The notes under the pieces were generated by a model. It was not told where the DNA came from, made no database searches, and saw only the letters and a list, made by a program, of their open reading frames with translations. 64,000 bases of DNA from assembly GCA_030148545.1 (NCBI GenBank), contig JASBTF010000001.1, forward strand, positions 262,833-326,832. Direction: 5' to 3'. A program made the position numbers and the translations under genes. Each line of letters begins with the position of its first letter. Position 1 is the first letter of the stretch. Positions 26,481-36,577 of this stretch are shown here, piece by piece. This DNA is from Pseudomonadota bacterium (GTDB taxonomy: Bacteria; Pseudomonadota; Alphaproteobacteria; UBA2136; JASBTF01).

Positions 26481-28193
26481 CTATGCAGCTTTTTTGTTTT
26501 TAGTGTGGCTGCTTACGGCCATTTGGCGGGCAAGAGCAGCACGAATAAAGCCTTGGAACAGCGGGTGCGGTGCCTGTGGGCGGCTGTTGAACTCAGGGTG
26601 ATATTGCACGGCAACAAACCAAGGGTGGTCGGCAATTTCTACAATTTCTGCCAATTCACCATCGGGTGACCAACCGCTGAAGGTAAGGCCTGCGTTTATC
26701 AGTGTTTCTTTATATTTGGGGTTAAATTCGTAACGGTGGCGGTGACGTTCACTGATTTCCTTAGCGTCGTACAGTTTTGCAGCACGGGTATTGGCCACCA
26801 AAGCACAAGGGTAGGCGCCAAGGCGCATGGTGCCGCCTAGGTCGCTGCTGTTATCGCGCGTTTCTTTGCCAGTGCCTTTTTGCCATTCGGTCATTAGGCC
26901 AATAACGGCTTGTTTAGGGTCGCCTAGTTCGGCGGCAAATTCGGTTGAGCCAGCATCTTTCAAGCCGGCAACGTTGCGTGCAAATTCCACCACAGCCAGC
27001 TGCATGCCCAGGCAAATGCCAAAGTACGGTACTTTGTGCTCACGGGCATATTGCACGGCACGAACTTTACCCTCGGTACCACGTACGCCAAAGCCGCCGG
27101 GTACGAGAATACCGCCAACATCGGCAAAAATTTCGTTTAGTTTTTCTTCAGATGCGGTTTCTACCACTTCAGCATCTACAAATTCAATATTCACGCCGCT
27201 TTCTTGTGCGAGGCCACCGTGAATAAGAGCCTCATTGAGCGATTTATAGGCATCGGAAAGCTGGGTGTACTTACCAACCATGGCAATTTTGGCGGTGCGT
27301 GGTGGGTTTACATAAATCTCGGAGAACTTTTGCCAGTCCTTAAGGTTTGGTGCCACGCCGCCAAGGCGGAAGTGGTCGAGCACGGCTTGGTCCAAGCCGT
27401 TTTCGTGCAGGGTGAGTGGTACGCGGTAAATGGTATCGCTATCGGGGCAGCTAACAACGTGGCCTGCTGGCACATTGGTGAATAGGGCAATTTTGTCGAG
27501 CTCGGCACGTGGAATAGGGCGGTCAGAGCGGCACACCAGTACATCGGGCTGAATACCCAGGCCCAGCATTTGTTTAACAGAGTGTTGGGTTGGCTTGGTT
27601 TTGAGCTCGCCCGCTGTGGCCAAGTAGGGCAAGTGGGTAAGGTGCATATACAGCACGCGGTCGCGGCCCACTTCGTGCGCAAATTGGCGAATAGCTTCAA
27701 AAAATGCGGGGGATTCAATATCGCCCACGGTGCCGCCAATTTCTACCAGTGCAAAATCGGTTTTGCCTTCGTTGAGCAGGATTTTGCTTTTAATTTGGTC
27801 GGTAACGTGGGGGACTACTTGTACCGTAGCGCCCAAATAGTCGCCGCGGCGTTCTTTATTAATAACTTCTTGGTAGATTTGGCCGGTGGTGAAGTTGCTT
27901 TCCTGTGTGGTGGAAACACCGGTAAAGCGCTCGTAGTGGCCAAGATCTAGGTCGGTTTCGGCGCCATCGTCGGTAACGTACACCTCACCGTGTTGGAACG
28001 GGCTCATGGTGCCGGGGTCGATATTTAAGTAGGGGTCGAGCTTTTGCATGCGTACGCTAAAGCCACGGGCTTGGAGCAAGGTGCCTAAGCAAGCTGCGGT
28101 AAGGCCTTTCCCTAACGATGACATAACCCCGCCAGTTACAAAAATGTAGTGTGTTTTACGCTGACGTTGCTGACGCTTGGGGGAAGGATTCAT
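26481..28193 (-). CDS. pyrG: CTP synthase
   Basis: [15 protein letters not shown], glutaminase GICLGMQ and HRHRYE; internal Met chosen (ORF track extends to 28229). Confidence 0.97.
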   Translation of the reverse strand: MNPSPKRQQRQRKTHYIFVTGGVMSSLGKGLTAACLGTLLQARGFSVRMQKLDPYLNIDPGTMSPFQHGEVYVTDDGAETDLDLGHYERFTGVSTTQESNFTTGQIYQEVINKERRGDYLGATVQVVPHVTDQIKSKILLNEGKTDFALVEIGGTVGDIESPAFFEAIRQFAHEVGRDRVLYMHLTHLPYLATAGELKTKPTQHSVKQMLGLGIQPDVLVCRSDRPIPRAELDKIALFTNVPAGHVVSCPDSDTIYRVPLTLHENGLDQAVLDHFRLGGVAPNLKDWQKFSEIYVNPPRTAKIAMVGKYTQLSDAYKSLNEALIHGGLAQESGVNIEFVDAEVVETASEEKLNEIFADVGGILVPGGFGVRGTEGKVRAVQYAREHKVPYFGICLGMQLAVVEFARNVAGLKDAGSTEFAAELGDPKQAVIGLMTEWQKGTGKETRDNSSDLGGTMRLGAYPCALVANTRAAKLYDAKEISERHRHRYEFNPKYKETLINAGLTFSGWSPDGELAEIVEIADHPWFVAVQYHPEFNSRPQAPHPLFQGFIRAALARQMAVSSHTKNKKAA

Positions 28194-28301
28194 GCCGGAC
28201 CTCTTTCTATTACCTGTTACGGCCAACATCTTGAGCGGGCCAGAGTAGATATAGCAAAGGTATGATAATGGTGCAAGCGAGTCGTATTTTTGCTGCCTTA
28301 T

Positions 28302-28393
28302 ACCTCGTCATTGCGAGCATAGCGAAGCAATCTATGTGAGATAATGGGTATGTCGATGGATTGCCACGGCCTGCGGCCTCGCAATGACGAGGT
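28302..28393. mobile_element. ~92-bp palindromic MITE-like element
   Basis: Perfect 16-nt terminal inverted repeats acctcgtcattgcgag / ctcgcaatgacgaggt, with inner gaagcaatc...ggattgcc partial palindrome; lies between secG and pyrG. Confidence 0.6.
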
Positions 28394-28415
28394 TTGGGCG
28401 AAAAGAGGGTGGAGA

Positions 28416-28730
28416 TTACTCTTGAGTTTCCAGCGGAGCGGGGATGCTTGGTACGAGCGGTGCTTCGGCCTGTGGGGCGGTGTCTACCACGGAGGTGGTT
28501 TCGGTACCGCGGCTGTTGAGCATGCCAATGAGCACAATGTTCGCCAAGAAAATAGCACCCAAAATGCTGGTTGCTTTAACCAGTGGTTTTTGTGCGGTTT
28601 GGCCTGCATCGGCTGTGGCTGGGCCACCGCCTAGGCCTGCGCCCATACCACTTTCTGAACGTTGTAGCAGTACAGTGATAACCAATAGTACGGCCACCAC
28701 AATATTCACCAAGAGCAAAATAGATTCCAT
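28416..28730 (-). CDS. secG: Preprotein translocase subunit SecG
   Basis: MESILLLVNIVVAVLLVITVLLQRSESGMGAGLGGG... Confidence 0.85.
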   Translation of the reverse strand: MESILLLVNIVVAVLLVITVLLQRSESGMGAGLGGGPATADAGQTAQKPLVKATSILGAIFLANIVLIGMLNSRGTETTSVVDTAPQAEAPLVPSIPAPLETQE

Positions 28731-28844
28731 ATGGCGTGTATGCGGTAATTTCGTATCCGTGTCAAGCTGGGGTTGATTAGTGAATACAATGTTGGTGTGT
28801 GTGGTAGGTGCGATAAAAGCTAACTTTGTGCGGTGAGCTGAATA

Positions 28845-28864
28845 GATCCCAGCCTGCGCTGGGA
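28845..28864. repeat. Short GC hairpin motif (atcccagc-ctgc-gctgggat) followed by gatgacgg-type motifs
   Basis: 8-bp perfect stem; related ggatgatg(a/g) strings recur within the next 60 nt. Confidence 0.4.
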
Positions 28865-28978
28865 TGACGGTACTAAATTCGGATGATGAGATGTATGGTA
28901 GGGATGATGGTGCTTATTTAGGGTGGCTATGCCAGCTGGGTCTTGCGTTTATGAATGTTCGTTCGTATAGTACCCGCC

Positions 28979-30454
28979 ATGTTTGATGCAATTCGTAACG
29001 GTGCGCAGTCTACACCGGTGAAAGTACTGCTGTTGGTTTTGGTATTAGCCTTTATTACATGGGGCGTGGGTGATTACTTTGTGGGTGGGGCAGGCCGTGC
29101 TGCTATTAAGGTGAATGACCAGGAAATTTCGTTGACTGAGGTGGACCGCTTGCAACGTAACACGCGTGAGGCGTTGGAGCAGCAGTTGGGCCAGCCCATT
29201 ACCGCAGAAATGGCAACACAGTTGCAGCTGCCGGCACGTGTGGTGGTAGATTTGCTGCGTGACGCACTGATTACCAGCAATGCAAACAGCATGGGCTTTA
29301 CCGCAAGTGACGAGCGTTTACGCCAAGCATTGGCTAGTACGCCTGCTTTTCAGGTAAGTGGTAGCTTTGATGCGATGCGCTACAAGCAAACACTGCAAAC
29401 TGCCGGCTACGATATTGCTCAGTTTGAGAGTGAGCTGCGCGGCGATATTACCGCACAAGACTTTAACAGTTTGTTTGACCGTACGGCGCCATACAGCGCC
29501 AATGCTGGTTTGGAGCGCTTGATGCAGCAAGCTAAACGCCAATTTGATGTGGAAGTACTGAGTGTACAAGCCAGCACGTTGCCAGCGCCTGAAGCACCAA
29601 ATGATGAAGCTATTGCTGATTTTTATGCGCAGAACCAGCAGTATTTCCTCACTCAGCCAACATGGGATGTGCTGATGGTGGAGCTAACACCTGAAACAAC
29701 GATTGACCAGCAAACTGAACTAGATGACCGGTTAGCAGGTGGCGAAAGTTTGACCGATGTAGCTGCAGCGCTGGCATTAAGCGCAACTACCATGACTAAC
29801 GTGGGTGCAGATGTGATTACAGAAACTTTGCCACAAAGTGCGCGCCAAACACTACAAGGCCTAGCTGTTGGCCAGCCAAGCCCTCTATTAAGCTGGGGTG
29901 ATAACCGTAGTGGTTATGTGGAACTGGCGGCTTATAACGAGCCACAGGTACGCCCATTGGAAGAGGTTCAGAGTGAAATTGTTGACATGATGACGCAGCA
30001 AAGCCAAGTGCAGCAGCTACGTACGCTGGGGCAAACGTTGGTAACCACGGCGCGTAATGCGGTAACGTTTAACCAGCTGGCCAAGCAGTATAATGGTACG
30101 GTGCAATATTTTACCAATACGGCGGCTGAAAATAATGAACTTGCAAGCCTGATTGGTAATGCCAATGCTGCGGACTTGCGCACACTGCCACAAAACCATG
30201 TTTTGGCGCAGCCTGTACTGCGTGAGGATGTGGTGCGTATTGTACGGGTAACGCAGCTGCATGATGCAACATTAACAACAGAAGACCACAGCCAAGCACA
30301 AGTTGCTTACACAGATGGTTTAAAAGAAGAAGCGTACCAGCTGATGGTGCAAAACCTTGCTGAGCAAGCTAAGGTGACGTACAATATTCCTGCATTACGC
30401 TTGGTGTTTGGTGAAAACTTTAATGCCAACCAACTGCCACAACTGGAGCTGTAA
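28979..30454 (+). CDS. PpiD-like periplasmic chaperone (SurA N-terminal domain protein)
   Basis: MFDAIRNGAQSTPVKVLLLVLVLAFITWGV N-terminal anchor and the following SurA_N-like region; no clear rotamase motif seen. Confidence 0.7.
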   Translation: MFDAIRNGAQSTPVKVLLLVLVLAFITWGVGDYFVGGAGRAAIKVNDQEISLTEVDRLQRNTREALEQQLGQPITAEMATQLQLPARVVVDLLRDALITSNANSMGFTASDERLRQALASTPAFQVSGSFDAMRYKQTLQTAGYDIAQFESELRGDITAQDFNSLFDRTAPYSANAGLERLMQQAKRQFDVEVLSVQASTLPAPEAPNDEAIADFYAQNQQYFLTQPTWDVLMVELTPETTIDQQTELDDRLAGGESLTDVAAALALSATTMTNVGADVITETLPQSARQTLQGLAVGQPSPLLSWGDNRSGYVELAAYNEPQVRPLEEVQSEIVDMMTQQSQVQQLRTLGQTLVTTARNAVTFNQLAKQYNGTVQYFTNTAAENNELASLIGNANAADLRTLPQNHVLAQPVLREDVVRIVRVTQLHDATLTTEDHSQAQVAYTDGLKEEAYQLMVQNLAEQAKVTYNIPALRLVFGENFNANQLPQLEL

Positions 30455-30458
30455 GCCG

Positions 30459-30800
30459 ATGAAGAAGTTACTATTTGCGATTTTTGCTGCTTGTGCGTTG
30501 CCACTTATGGCGCAGGACGCACCGCGTGGTGCAGCGCCACTGTCGCTGGTGTATCAAGCTGAAAATAAATGGGTAGCACAGGAAGATAATGAGCCACTGC
30601 GTGCGCTGATTCAGCGTGCTCGTGTGGAAGGTTTTAGCCACTTTCAGGTACAATTGCCGGCTGAGGGACGTGAAGTGAGTATTCGCCGTTTGGAAGTTTT
30701 GGTGGATATTTTGGAACAAAGCCTGAAACGCGGTATTCTGATTGAAGAAGTACGCGGCGACGCAGAAGCGAATACGCTGAATATTTACCTGATTAAGTAA
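30459..30800 (+). CDS. Small secreted protein, unknown function
   Basis: Signal peptide MKKLLFAIFAACALPLMAQ; the stop overlaps the next gene's ATG (TAATG). Confidence 0.5.
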   Translation: MKKLLFAIFAACALPLMAQDAPRGAAPLSLVYQAENKWVAQEDNEPLRALIQRARVEGFSHFQVQLPAEGREVSIRRLEVLVDILEQSLKRGILIEEVRGDAEANTLNIYLIK

Positions 30801-31450
30801 TGCCTAAGCGCATTCCGCCTTTTTACAAAAACCCCGATGGTATTAGTTGCTTTCAATGCATGCTGCGTGGCGTGTTAGAGTATTTTGAGCCAGAAACTAC
30901 GTGGAGCTGGCAAGAACTTTACGATTTTTGCAATAAGCGTGAAGGGTTAGCCACATGGCCACAACACGCTATGGTTAATATAATTGAGCGTGGTTATGAG
31001 CTCAGAAGTATGATCACTTATGATGATGCTGCATTTGTAAAAGACCCTGAAGGTTATTTGATAGAGTTTATGGGTGAAGAGGCTGCTGCGTGGAGTATTG
31101 AAAACTCTGATATGGAAAATGCTGTTGCTATTACCAAAAAATTGCTGAGTTACGAAGGCAAGCACGAAGAGTTTTTGCGATTACCTACAGTTGAGGATAT
31201 CAAACAGGCTTTGGATGATGGCTATCTTTTGCATGTGTCATTAAATTCACGGCGTCTGAATAAGCGTGAAGGGTACGTTGGCCATGCCATTTTGGTATAT
31301 GCTTATGATGAAAAGCATTTTTATGCGCAAGACTCTGGCCCACCTGAAATAGCGGAACGTGCCATAAGCTATGAAGATATGATGGATGCAGGTATGTGCC
31401 CCGATAGGTCTAATGTACTTGGGTTTATTGCTTACCGTAAGCGTATTTAA
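30800..31450 (+). CDS. Putative papain-fold (C39-like) cysteine peptidase
   Basis: N-terminal GISCFQCMLRGVLEYF and distal GHAILVYAYDE resemble the Cys...His arrangement of C39-like peptidases (by eye only). Confidence 0.4.
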   Translation: MPKRIPPFYKNPDGISCFQCMLRGVLEYFEPETTWSWQELYDFCNKREGLATWPQHAMVNIIERGYELRSMITYDDAAFVKDPEGYLIEFMGEEAAAWSIENSDMENAVAITKKLLSYEGKHEEFLRLPTVEDIKQALDDGYLLHVSLNSRRLNKREGYVGHAILVYAYDEKHFYAQDSGPPEIAERAISYEDMMDAGMCPDRSNVLGFIAYRKRI

Positions 31451-32025
31451 ACCGCGCGGACTTCCTGCACATCGTTAGGGAGGTTGTGCTTGAGCAGAGT
31501 CTCGATACCATTTTGCAGTGTGACGCTGCTGCTTGGGCAGCCAGCGCAGGCGCCATGCATTTCTAGGTACACAATGCCTTCCTCGTAACCGCGGTAAATA
31601 ATGTCGCCACCGTCTTGCGCTACAGCAGGGCGAATTTGGGTGTCGAGCAGGTCTTTAATTTTATCGACCAATTCTGGGTCGGCGGTATCGGCGCCGATTT
31701 CCTTATCAGGCGCGGGGGCTTTACCGGTCAGCACGGGTTGGCCTGATTCAAAGAATTTTTCCAAGGCGGGGGCAAGCTCGGTGTTTACTTCTTCCCAGCT
31801 GATGCCTTCCTCACGGGTGATGGTGAAGAAATCTGCGCCGATGAACACGCCAATTACACCCGGTACGGCAAACAGTGCTTGTGCCATGGGGGAGCGGTGT
31901 GCGGTTTCGGGCTTAGGAAAATTAGCGCTGCCGCCCGGTACTAATGTTTTACCAACAACATATTTTAGGCTGTTGGGGTTGGGGGTGGCTTCGGTGCGGA
32001 TTGTTAGCGTTTCTTCGGTGCTCAT
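31447..32025 (-). CDS. Nfu/NifU-type Fe-S cluster scaffold or carrier
   Basis: Nfu_N (ATPNPNSLKYV) plus the NifU C-terminal CAGCPSS motif. Confidence 0.88.
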   Translation of the reverse strand: MSTEETLTIRTEATPNPNSLKYVVGKTLVPGGSANFPKPETAHRSPMAQALFAVPGVIGVFIGADFFTITREEGISWEEVNTELAPALEKFFESGQPVLTGKAPAPDKEIGADTADPELVDKIKDLLDTQIRPAVAQDGGDIIYRGYEEGIVYLEMHGACAGCPSSSVTLQNGIETLLKHNLPNDVQEVRAV

Positions 32026-32100
32026 GCGTAATTGATACCATTCAGTTACGGTTTATGTAAACAGCTTTAACGCTTTAATTTACAGCGGTGGAATAGTAAG

Positions 32101-33498
32101 GTGTTGGCTATGCGTTTTATTGCTTTCTTTTTATTGATGATGACGATGATAACAGCCGAGGTACAAGGCCCGCGTGATGGTATGGCGCTGCGCGTGAGCT
32201 ATAAGGATGCAGTGCACCAAACAGCGCCAGCGGTGGTGAACATTTTTACCGAGAAGCGTGTTGTGGGCGGTGGCTTTGGCTTGTTTATGGAAGACCCGTT
32301 TTACCAGATGTTTTTTGATGATGCGTTTACCCCCGCGCCAATGCGTGAGCGTGTGGAGCGCAGCTTGGGGAGCGGTGTTATTGTGAGCCCAGAAGGTTAC
32401 ATGGTAACCAACTACCACGTGGTGGAAGGGGCGCAGCGTGTGTGGGTACAGTTTAGCGATGGGCGTGAACTGGAAGCTCAGTTTTTAGATGCAGAACCAA
32501 ACTTGGACATTGCCGTATTGCGGGTAAACGTGCCGCAGGGCGAGGCGGTGCCATATACTCAGTTTGGCGATAGCGACGCGCTGGAAGTAGGCGATGTGGT
32601 GCTGGCGATGGGTAACCCCTTTGGTGTGGGGCAAAGTGTGAGCATGGGTATTGTATCGGCCGTGGGGCGCACCAATGTGGGTGTGAGCCATTATGAGAAT
32701 TTTATTCAGACTGATGCGGCAATTAACCCGGGTAACAGCGGTGGGCCGCTGATTGATTCTACCGGGGCAGTGATTGGTATTAACACGGCGATTTTTACGC
32801 GCAATGGCGGTAGCCACGGCATTGGCTTTGCCACACCGGCTAATGCCGTGCAAATGGTGCTTAACAGCGTAACCACTACGGGTAAGGTGAGCCGCCCTTG
32901 GTTTGGTGCCAGTGGCCAAAATTTAACCAGTGCATTAGCGAATCGCCTTGGTTTGCAAACACCGCAAGGGGTGTTGGTGAATGAGCTGGTGCAGGATAGC
33001 CCTGCCATGCGCAGTGGCTTAAAGGTAGGTGATATTATTAAAACCCTTAACCGCCGCCCGGTAACGGATTTGCGTAGCTTGAACGCACATATTTTAACCG
33101 CGCCGCTGAACCAGCCGGTGGATATGCGCATTTGGCGTGAAGGCCGTGAACGTGACCTAACTGTGTTTTTGGAAACGTTACCCGAACGCCGCGCAGCTGA
33201 CCAATTGCATTTAGAGGGTGACCAACCGCTGACCGGATATGTGGTGGAGCAGCTTTCGCCTGCGTTGAACCATGAATTGCAGGAAGCGCTGGGCCGTACT
33301 GGCGTTGTGGTTATGGAGCGCCCTGTGCGTACGGCGTTTTTTGGGCTCAACCTACGCCGTGGTGATGTACTGCGCGAGATTAACGGCCGCGCGATTAACA
33401 CCTTGGCCGATGTAGAGGCAGCATTGCAAGGGCGCCCACGCAAGTGGGAAATGAGCTATAGCCGCGGTGGGCGCGTGTTCCGCCTGGTGTTGCAATAG
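32101..33498 (+). CDS. htrA: Periplasmic serine endoprotease DegP/HtrA family
   Basis: TNYHVV, D.AVL, GNSGGPL catalytic triad context; two PDZ-like regions. Confidence 0.92.
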   Translation: MLAMRFIAFFLLMMTMITAEVQGPRDGMALRVSYKDAVHQTAPAVVNIFTEKRVVGGGFGLFMEDPFYQMFFDDAFTPAPMRERVERSLGSGVIVSPEGYMVTNYHVVEGAQRVWVQFSDGRELEAQFLDAEPNLDIAVLRVNVPQGEAVPYTQFGDSDALEVGDVVLAMGNPFGVGQSVSMGIVSAVGRTNVGVSHYENFIQTDAAINPGNSGGPLIDSTGAVIGINTAIFTRNGGSHGIGFATPANAVQMVLNSVTTTGKVSRPWFGASGQNLTSALANRLGLQTPQGVLVNELVQDSPAMRSGLKVGDIIKTLNRRPVTDLRSLNAHILTAPLNQPVDMRIWREGRERDLTVFLETLPERRAADQLHLEGDQPLTGYVVEQLSPALNHELQEALGRTGVVVMERPVRTAFFGLNLRRGDVLREINGRAINTLADVEAALQGRPRKWEMSYSRGGRVFRLVLQ

Positions 33499-33500
33499 AC

Positions 33501-34790
33501 ATGGATTTATTTGCTGCAACTGCCGTTGCGCCAGAGCATGTGCCACTGGCTGAGCAGTTGCGTCCACAAACATTAGAACAGGTCATTGGGCAGGAGCACC
33601 TAACTGGTGCGCAGGGTGTGCTCAGCCAAAGCTTGCACAGTGGTGTGGGGAGTTCGTTCATTTTTTGGGGGCCGCCAGGCACTGGCAAAACCACATTAGC
33701 CCGTCTTTATGCCAACGGGCTGGAGGCACAGTTGGTTACCCTAAGCGCTGTGGCAGCGGGTGTGGCGGATATTAAAAATGCCGTGCAGCAAGCACAAACT
33801 TATAGCGGGCGTACGGTGTTGTTTGCGGACGAGATTCATCGTTTTAATAAAGCTCAGCAGGATGTTTTGTTACCGCATGTGGAAAGCGGGTTGTTGATTT
33901 TACTGGGTGCCACTACTGAAAATCCTAGTTTTGCGTTGAATAATGCGCTGCTTTCACGGGCGCGGGTGCTGGTGCTGAACATGTTAAGCGCGGAAGACTT
34001 GGCGCAGGTGGTAATACAAGCTGAGGAAAAAGTAGGTGCCTTACCGCTAACAGAAGAGGCACGTGGTTTATTGGTGCAGTGGGCGGCGGGAGATGCGCGC
34101 TGTTTGCTGAACTTGGTGGAAGCTATTGCTGCGGCAAACCCTAAACAACCTTTAGATAAAGATGCCTTGGCAGAGCTGGTGCAGCGCCGTGCCGCAACGT
34201 ACGACCAAGCGGGAGACCAGCATTATAATTTAATATCGGCCTTGCATAAAAGTGTGCGTGGTAGCGACCCAGATGCAGCGCTGTACTGGATGTGCCGCAT
34301 GTTGGAAGGGGGTGAGGACCCGCTATATATTGCGCGCCGGTTGACGCGCATGGCAACAGAGGACATTGGCCTAGCCGACCCACAAGCGTTGCCGTTAGCC
34401 ATGGCAGGGCAGCAGGCGTTTTTGCAGCAAGGTTCACCCGAAGGAGAGCTGGTACTGGCAGAGGTGGTAGTATATTTGGCCTTAGCACCTAAAAGCAATG
34501 CAGTGTATAGCGCGTATAAACAGGCGCTGAAGCAGGCTAAGCAAACGACTCAGCTAGCGCCACCTAAACACATTTTAAATGCGCCCACACAGCTGATGAA
34601 GGATGAAGGCTATGGCGATGGTTATGCCTATGACCATGAGGCACCGGACGGGTTTTCGGGGCAAGATTACTTCCCTGAAGAGCTAGAGACGCGGCCAGAG
34701 TATTACCAGCCGGTAGAACGTGGTTTTGAGCGCGACATGCATAAGCGCTTAGCGTATTTCAACAAATTGCGTAAGGAACGACAGGTATGA
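33501..34790 (+). CDS. rarA: Replication-associated recombination protein A
   Basis: WGPPGTGKTTLA, LFADEIHRFNK, MgsA C-terminal DP.AALYW..RM...GEDP.YIARRL. Confidence 0.92.
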   Translation: MDLFAATAVAPEHVPLAEQLRPQTLEQVIGQEHLTGAQGVLSQSLHSGVGSSFIFWGPPGTGKTTLARLYANGLEAQLVTLSAVAAGVADIKNAVQQAQTYSGRTVLFADEIHRFNKAQQDVLLPHVESGLLILLGATTENPSFALNNALLSRARVLVLNMLSAEDLAQVVIQAEEKVGALPLTEEARGLLVQWAAGDARCLLNLVEAIAAANPKQPLDKDALAELVQRRAATYDQAGDQHYNLISALHKSVRGSDPDAALYWMCRMLEGGEDPLYIARRLTRMATEDIGLADPQALPLAMAGQQAFLQQGSPEGELVLAEVVVYLALAPKSNAVYSAYKQALKQAKQTTQLAPPKHILNAPTQLMKDEGYGDGYAYDHEAPDGFSGQDYFPEELETRPEYYQPVERGFERDMHKRLAYFNKLRKERQV

Positions 34791-35635
34791 GTGGAGAGTG
34801 GTTGGTTTTTCATGAAGGGCGTAAGGATGCGCCGCACGTGCTGTTGCTACCGGGTGTAAACTGTGGGGCGTGGTTTTGGCTGAACGGGCTGCCGTATTTG
34901 TTGCCGCAATTTAATGTGTGGGCGTTTAACAACCCAGGTGTGGATGGCACGGTATGCCCCATGGTATTGAGCATAAACAAAATTGTAGATTTGTTACTGG
35001 CAGCGGTGGAGAAAGACATTGGCCACGATGTGCCGCTGATGGTGGTAGGGCATTCTATGGGAGGGTATGTGGCCCAATTAGTAGCGCGCGAACTTGGTGA
35101 CCGCGTAAAGCGCCTGGTGTTGGTGAGTACATCGCGCGGGCAGCCGGATACTACGCGTGATATCTCGCAAATGGTGACGCACTTGGGCCAGGATTTTTGG
35201 CAGCAAGAAATGGAAGTACTGAAAGACCCGTATGAAGGGTTGAAGGTGTTTTTCCATGAAGATTTTTACACAAACCATGAGCCAGCTTATGCGGCGTATA
35301 TCAACGCACGCAACCTGTACTGGCCGGGTAAGCGGGTTACGGCTAAGCATTTGGCTGCGGGCGGGCAATTTGCCAGCATGGCGTGGGTGCAGCAGCTCAC
35401 CATGCCAACGCTGGTGGTGCACGGTAAGGACGATATTTTAGTAACCGAACAGAGTGGTCACGGCTTGGCGCAGAGTATTCCACATGCACGGTATTGGCCG
35501 GTTTTGCGTTGTGGGCACTTCCCGATGTTGGAGCACGAAAATTTTTGGCCGCGGGTGATTGATTTTTTGCACGGTGATGACACAGTAGGTGAAGATGCTG
35601 GCCAAAACGCTCAATCTTCGGTATGGGGATGGTAA
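34787..35635 (+). CDS. Alpha/beta-fold hydrolase
   Basis: VVGHSMGGYVAQ nucleophile elbow, C-terminal GH; ATGA overlap with rarA. Confidence 0.75.
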   Translation: MSGEWLVFHEGRKDAPHVLLLPGVNCGAWFWLNGLPYLLPQFNVWAFNNPGVDGTVCPMVLSINKIVDLLLAAVEKDIGHDVPLMVVGHSMGGYVAQLVARELGDRVKRLVLVSTSRGQPDTTRDISQMVTHLGQDFWQQEMEVLKDPYEGLKVFFHEDFYTNHEPAYAAYINARNLYWPGKRVTAKHLAAGGQFASMAWVQQLTMPTLVVHGKDDILVTEQSGHGLAQSIPHARYWPVLRCGHFPMLEHENFWPRVIDFLHGDDTVGEDAGQNAQSSVWGW

Positions 35636-36558
35636 TGATTAATATTACGAGTGAGCATGAGGGACGTCGGCTAGATAAAGTGGTACAGGCATTGGTGCCT
35701 GCGCTTTCCTTTGGGGAAGTGAGTAAGCTGTGTCGCACCGGGCAAATTAGGCTGGATGGCAAGCGGGTGAAGGGTAACGAAAAAGTTGCTGAAGGCCAGC
35801 AGCTGCGCCTGCCACCACAGGCGCTAGCGGCTATGCAACAGCCAGCGCAAGTACGTGTGAACGATGCTGAGCAAGAGCAATGGCGCCAGCGGGTGATTTA
35901 TCAGGATAAAAAATTATTAGCGCTCAATAAGCCGGGTGGTGTGCCCACACAGGCAGGCAGTAAGCAACACAAGAGTATTGACCGCATTGTGCGTGCCGTG
36001 TGGCCTGATGATGCGTGGAAACTGGCGCATCGGTTGGATAAGGATACATCTGGTGTGCTGGTGCTGGCCAACGGTGCTAAGCAAGCTAAAGAGCTGACAA
36101 ATTTGTTTGCTGAGCGCGAGGTGCACAAAACTTATTGGGCCATTGTGCAGGGTAAGGTGCGTAAGCAGCAGGGCATTATTGGGACGAACTTGGCCAAGCA
36201 AGGGGCGCCAGGGCAGCAAAAAATGGTGGTGGACCCACGTGGCCAGCGCGCTGAAACGGCTTATACCGTGTTGGCGCAAAATAAAGGCTTTAGTTGGGTA
36301 GAATTGCACCCTAAAACTGGTCGTACCCACCAATTGCGGGCGCATATGGGTAGCATTGGTAACCCCATTGTGGGCGATGCTAAATATGGCGCAACAGCAC
36401 AAGCCGATGGGCACATGTTGCTGCATGCGCGAGCAATTAACTTTATGCTACCAGAACAGGACGAGCCAATGAGCTTGCAGGCTGAACTGCCAGATGTGTT
36501 TGCAGAGTTTTTAGAGGCACAGGGGTGGAATACTCTTTTGCAAAAACTCGCTGAGTGA
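35623..36558 (+). CDS. rluC: RluA-family 23S rRNA pseudouridine synthase (RluC-like)
   Basis: S4-like N-terminus, HRLDKDTSGVLVLA catalytic motif. Confidence 0.82.
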   Translation: MGMVMINITSEHEGRRLDKVVQALVPALSFGEVSKLCRTGQIRLDGKRVKGNEKVAEGQQLRLPPQALAAMQQPAQVRVNDAEQEQWRQRVIYQDKKLLALNKPGGVPTQAGSKQHKSIDRIVRAVWPDDAWKLAHRLDKDTSGVLVLANGAKQAKELTNLFAEREVHKTYWAIVQGKVRKQQGIIGTNLAKQGAPGQQKMVVDPRGQRAETAYTVLAQNKGFSWVELHPKTGRTHQLRAHMGSIGNPIVGDAKYGATAQADGHMLLHARAINFMLPEQDEPMSLQAELPDVFAEFLEAQGWNTLLQKLAE

Positions 36559-36577
36559 TACATTCATTACACAATTT

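Noticed and set aside
28344-28634. 96-aa plus-strand ORF starting in the palindromic element
   Set aside because: It begins inside the MITE-like repeat and continues antisense to secG. Such repeats are a classic source of false small ORFs.
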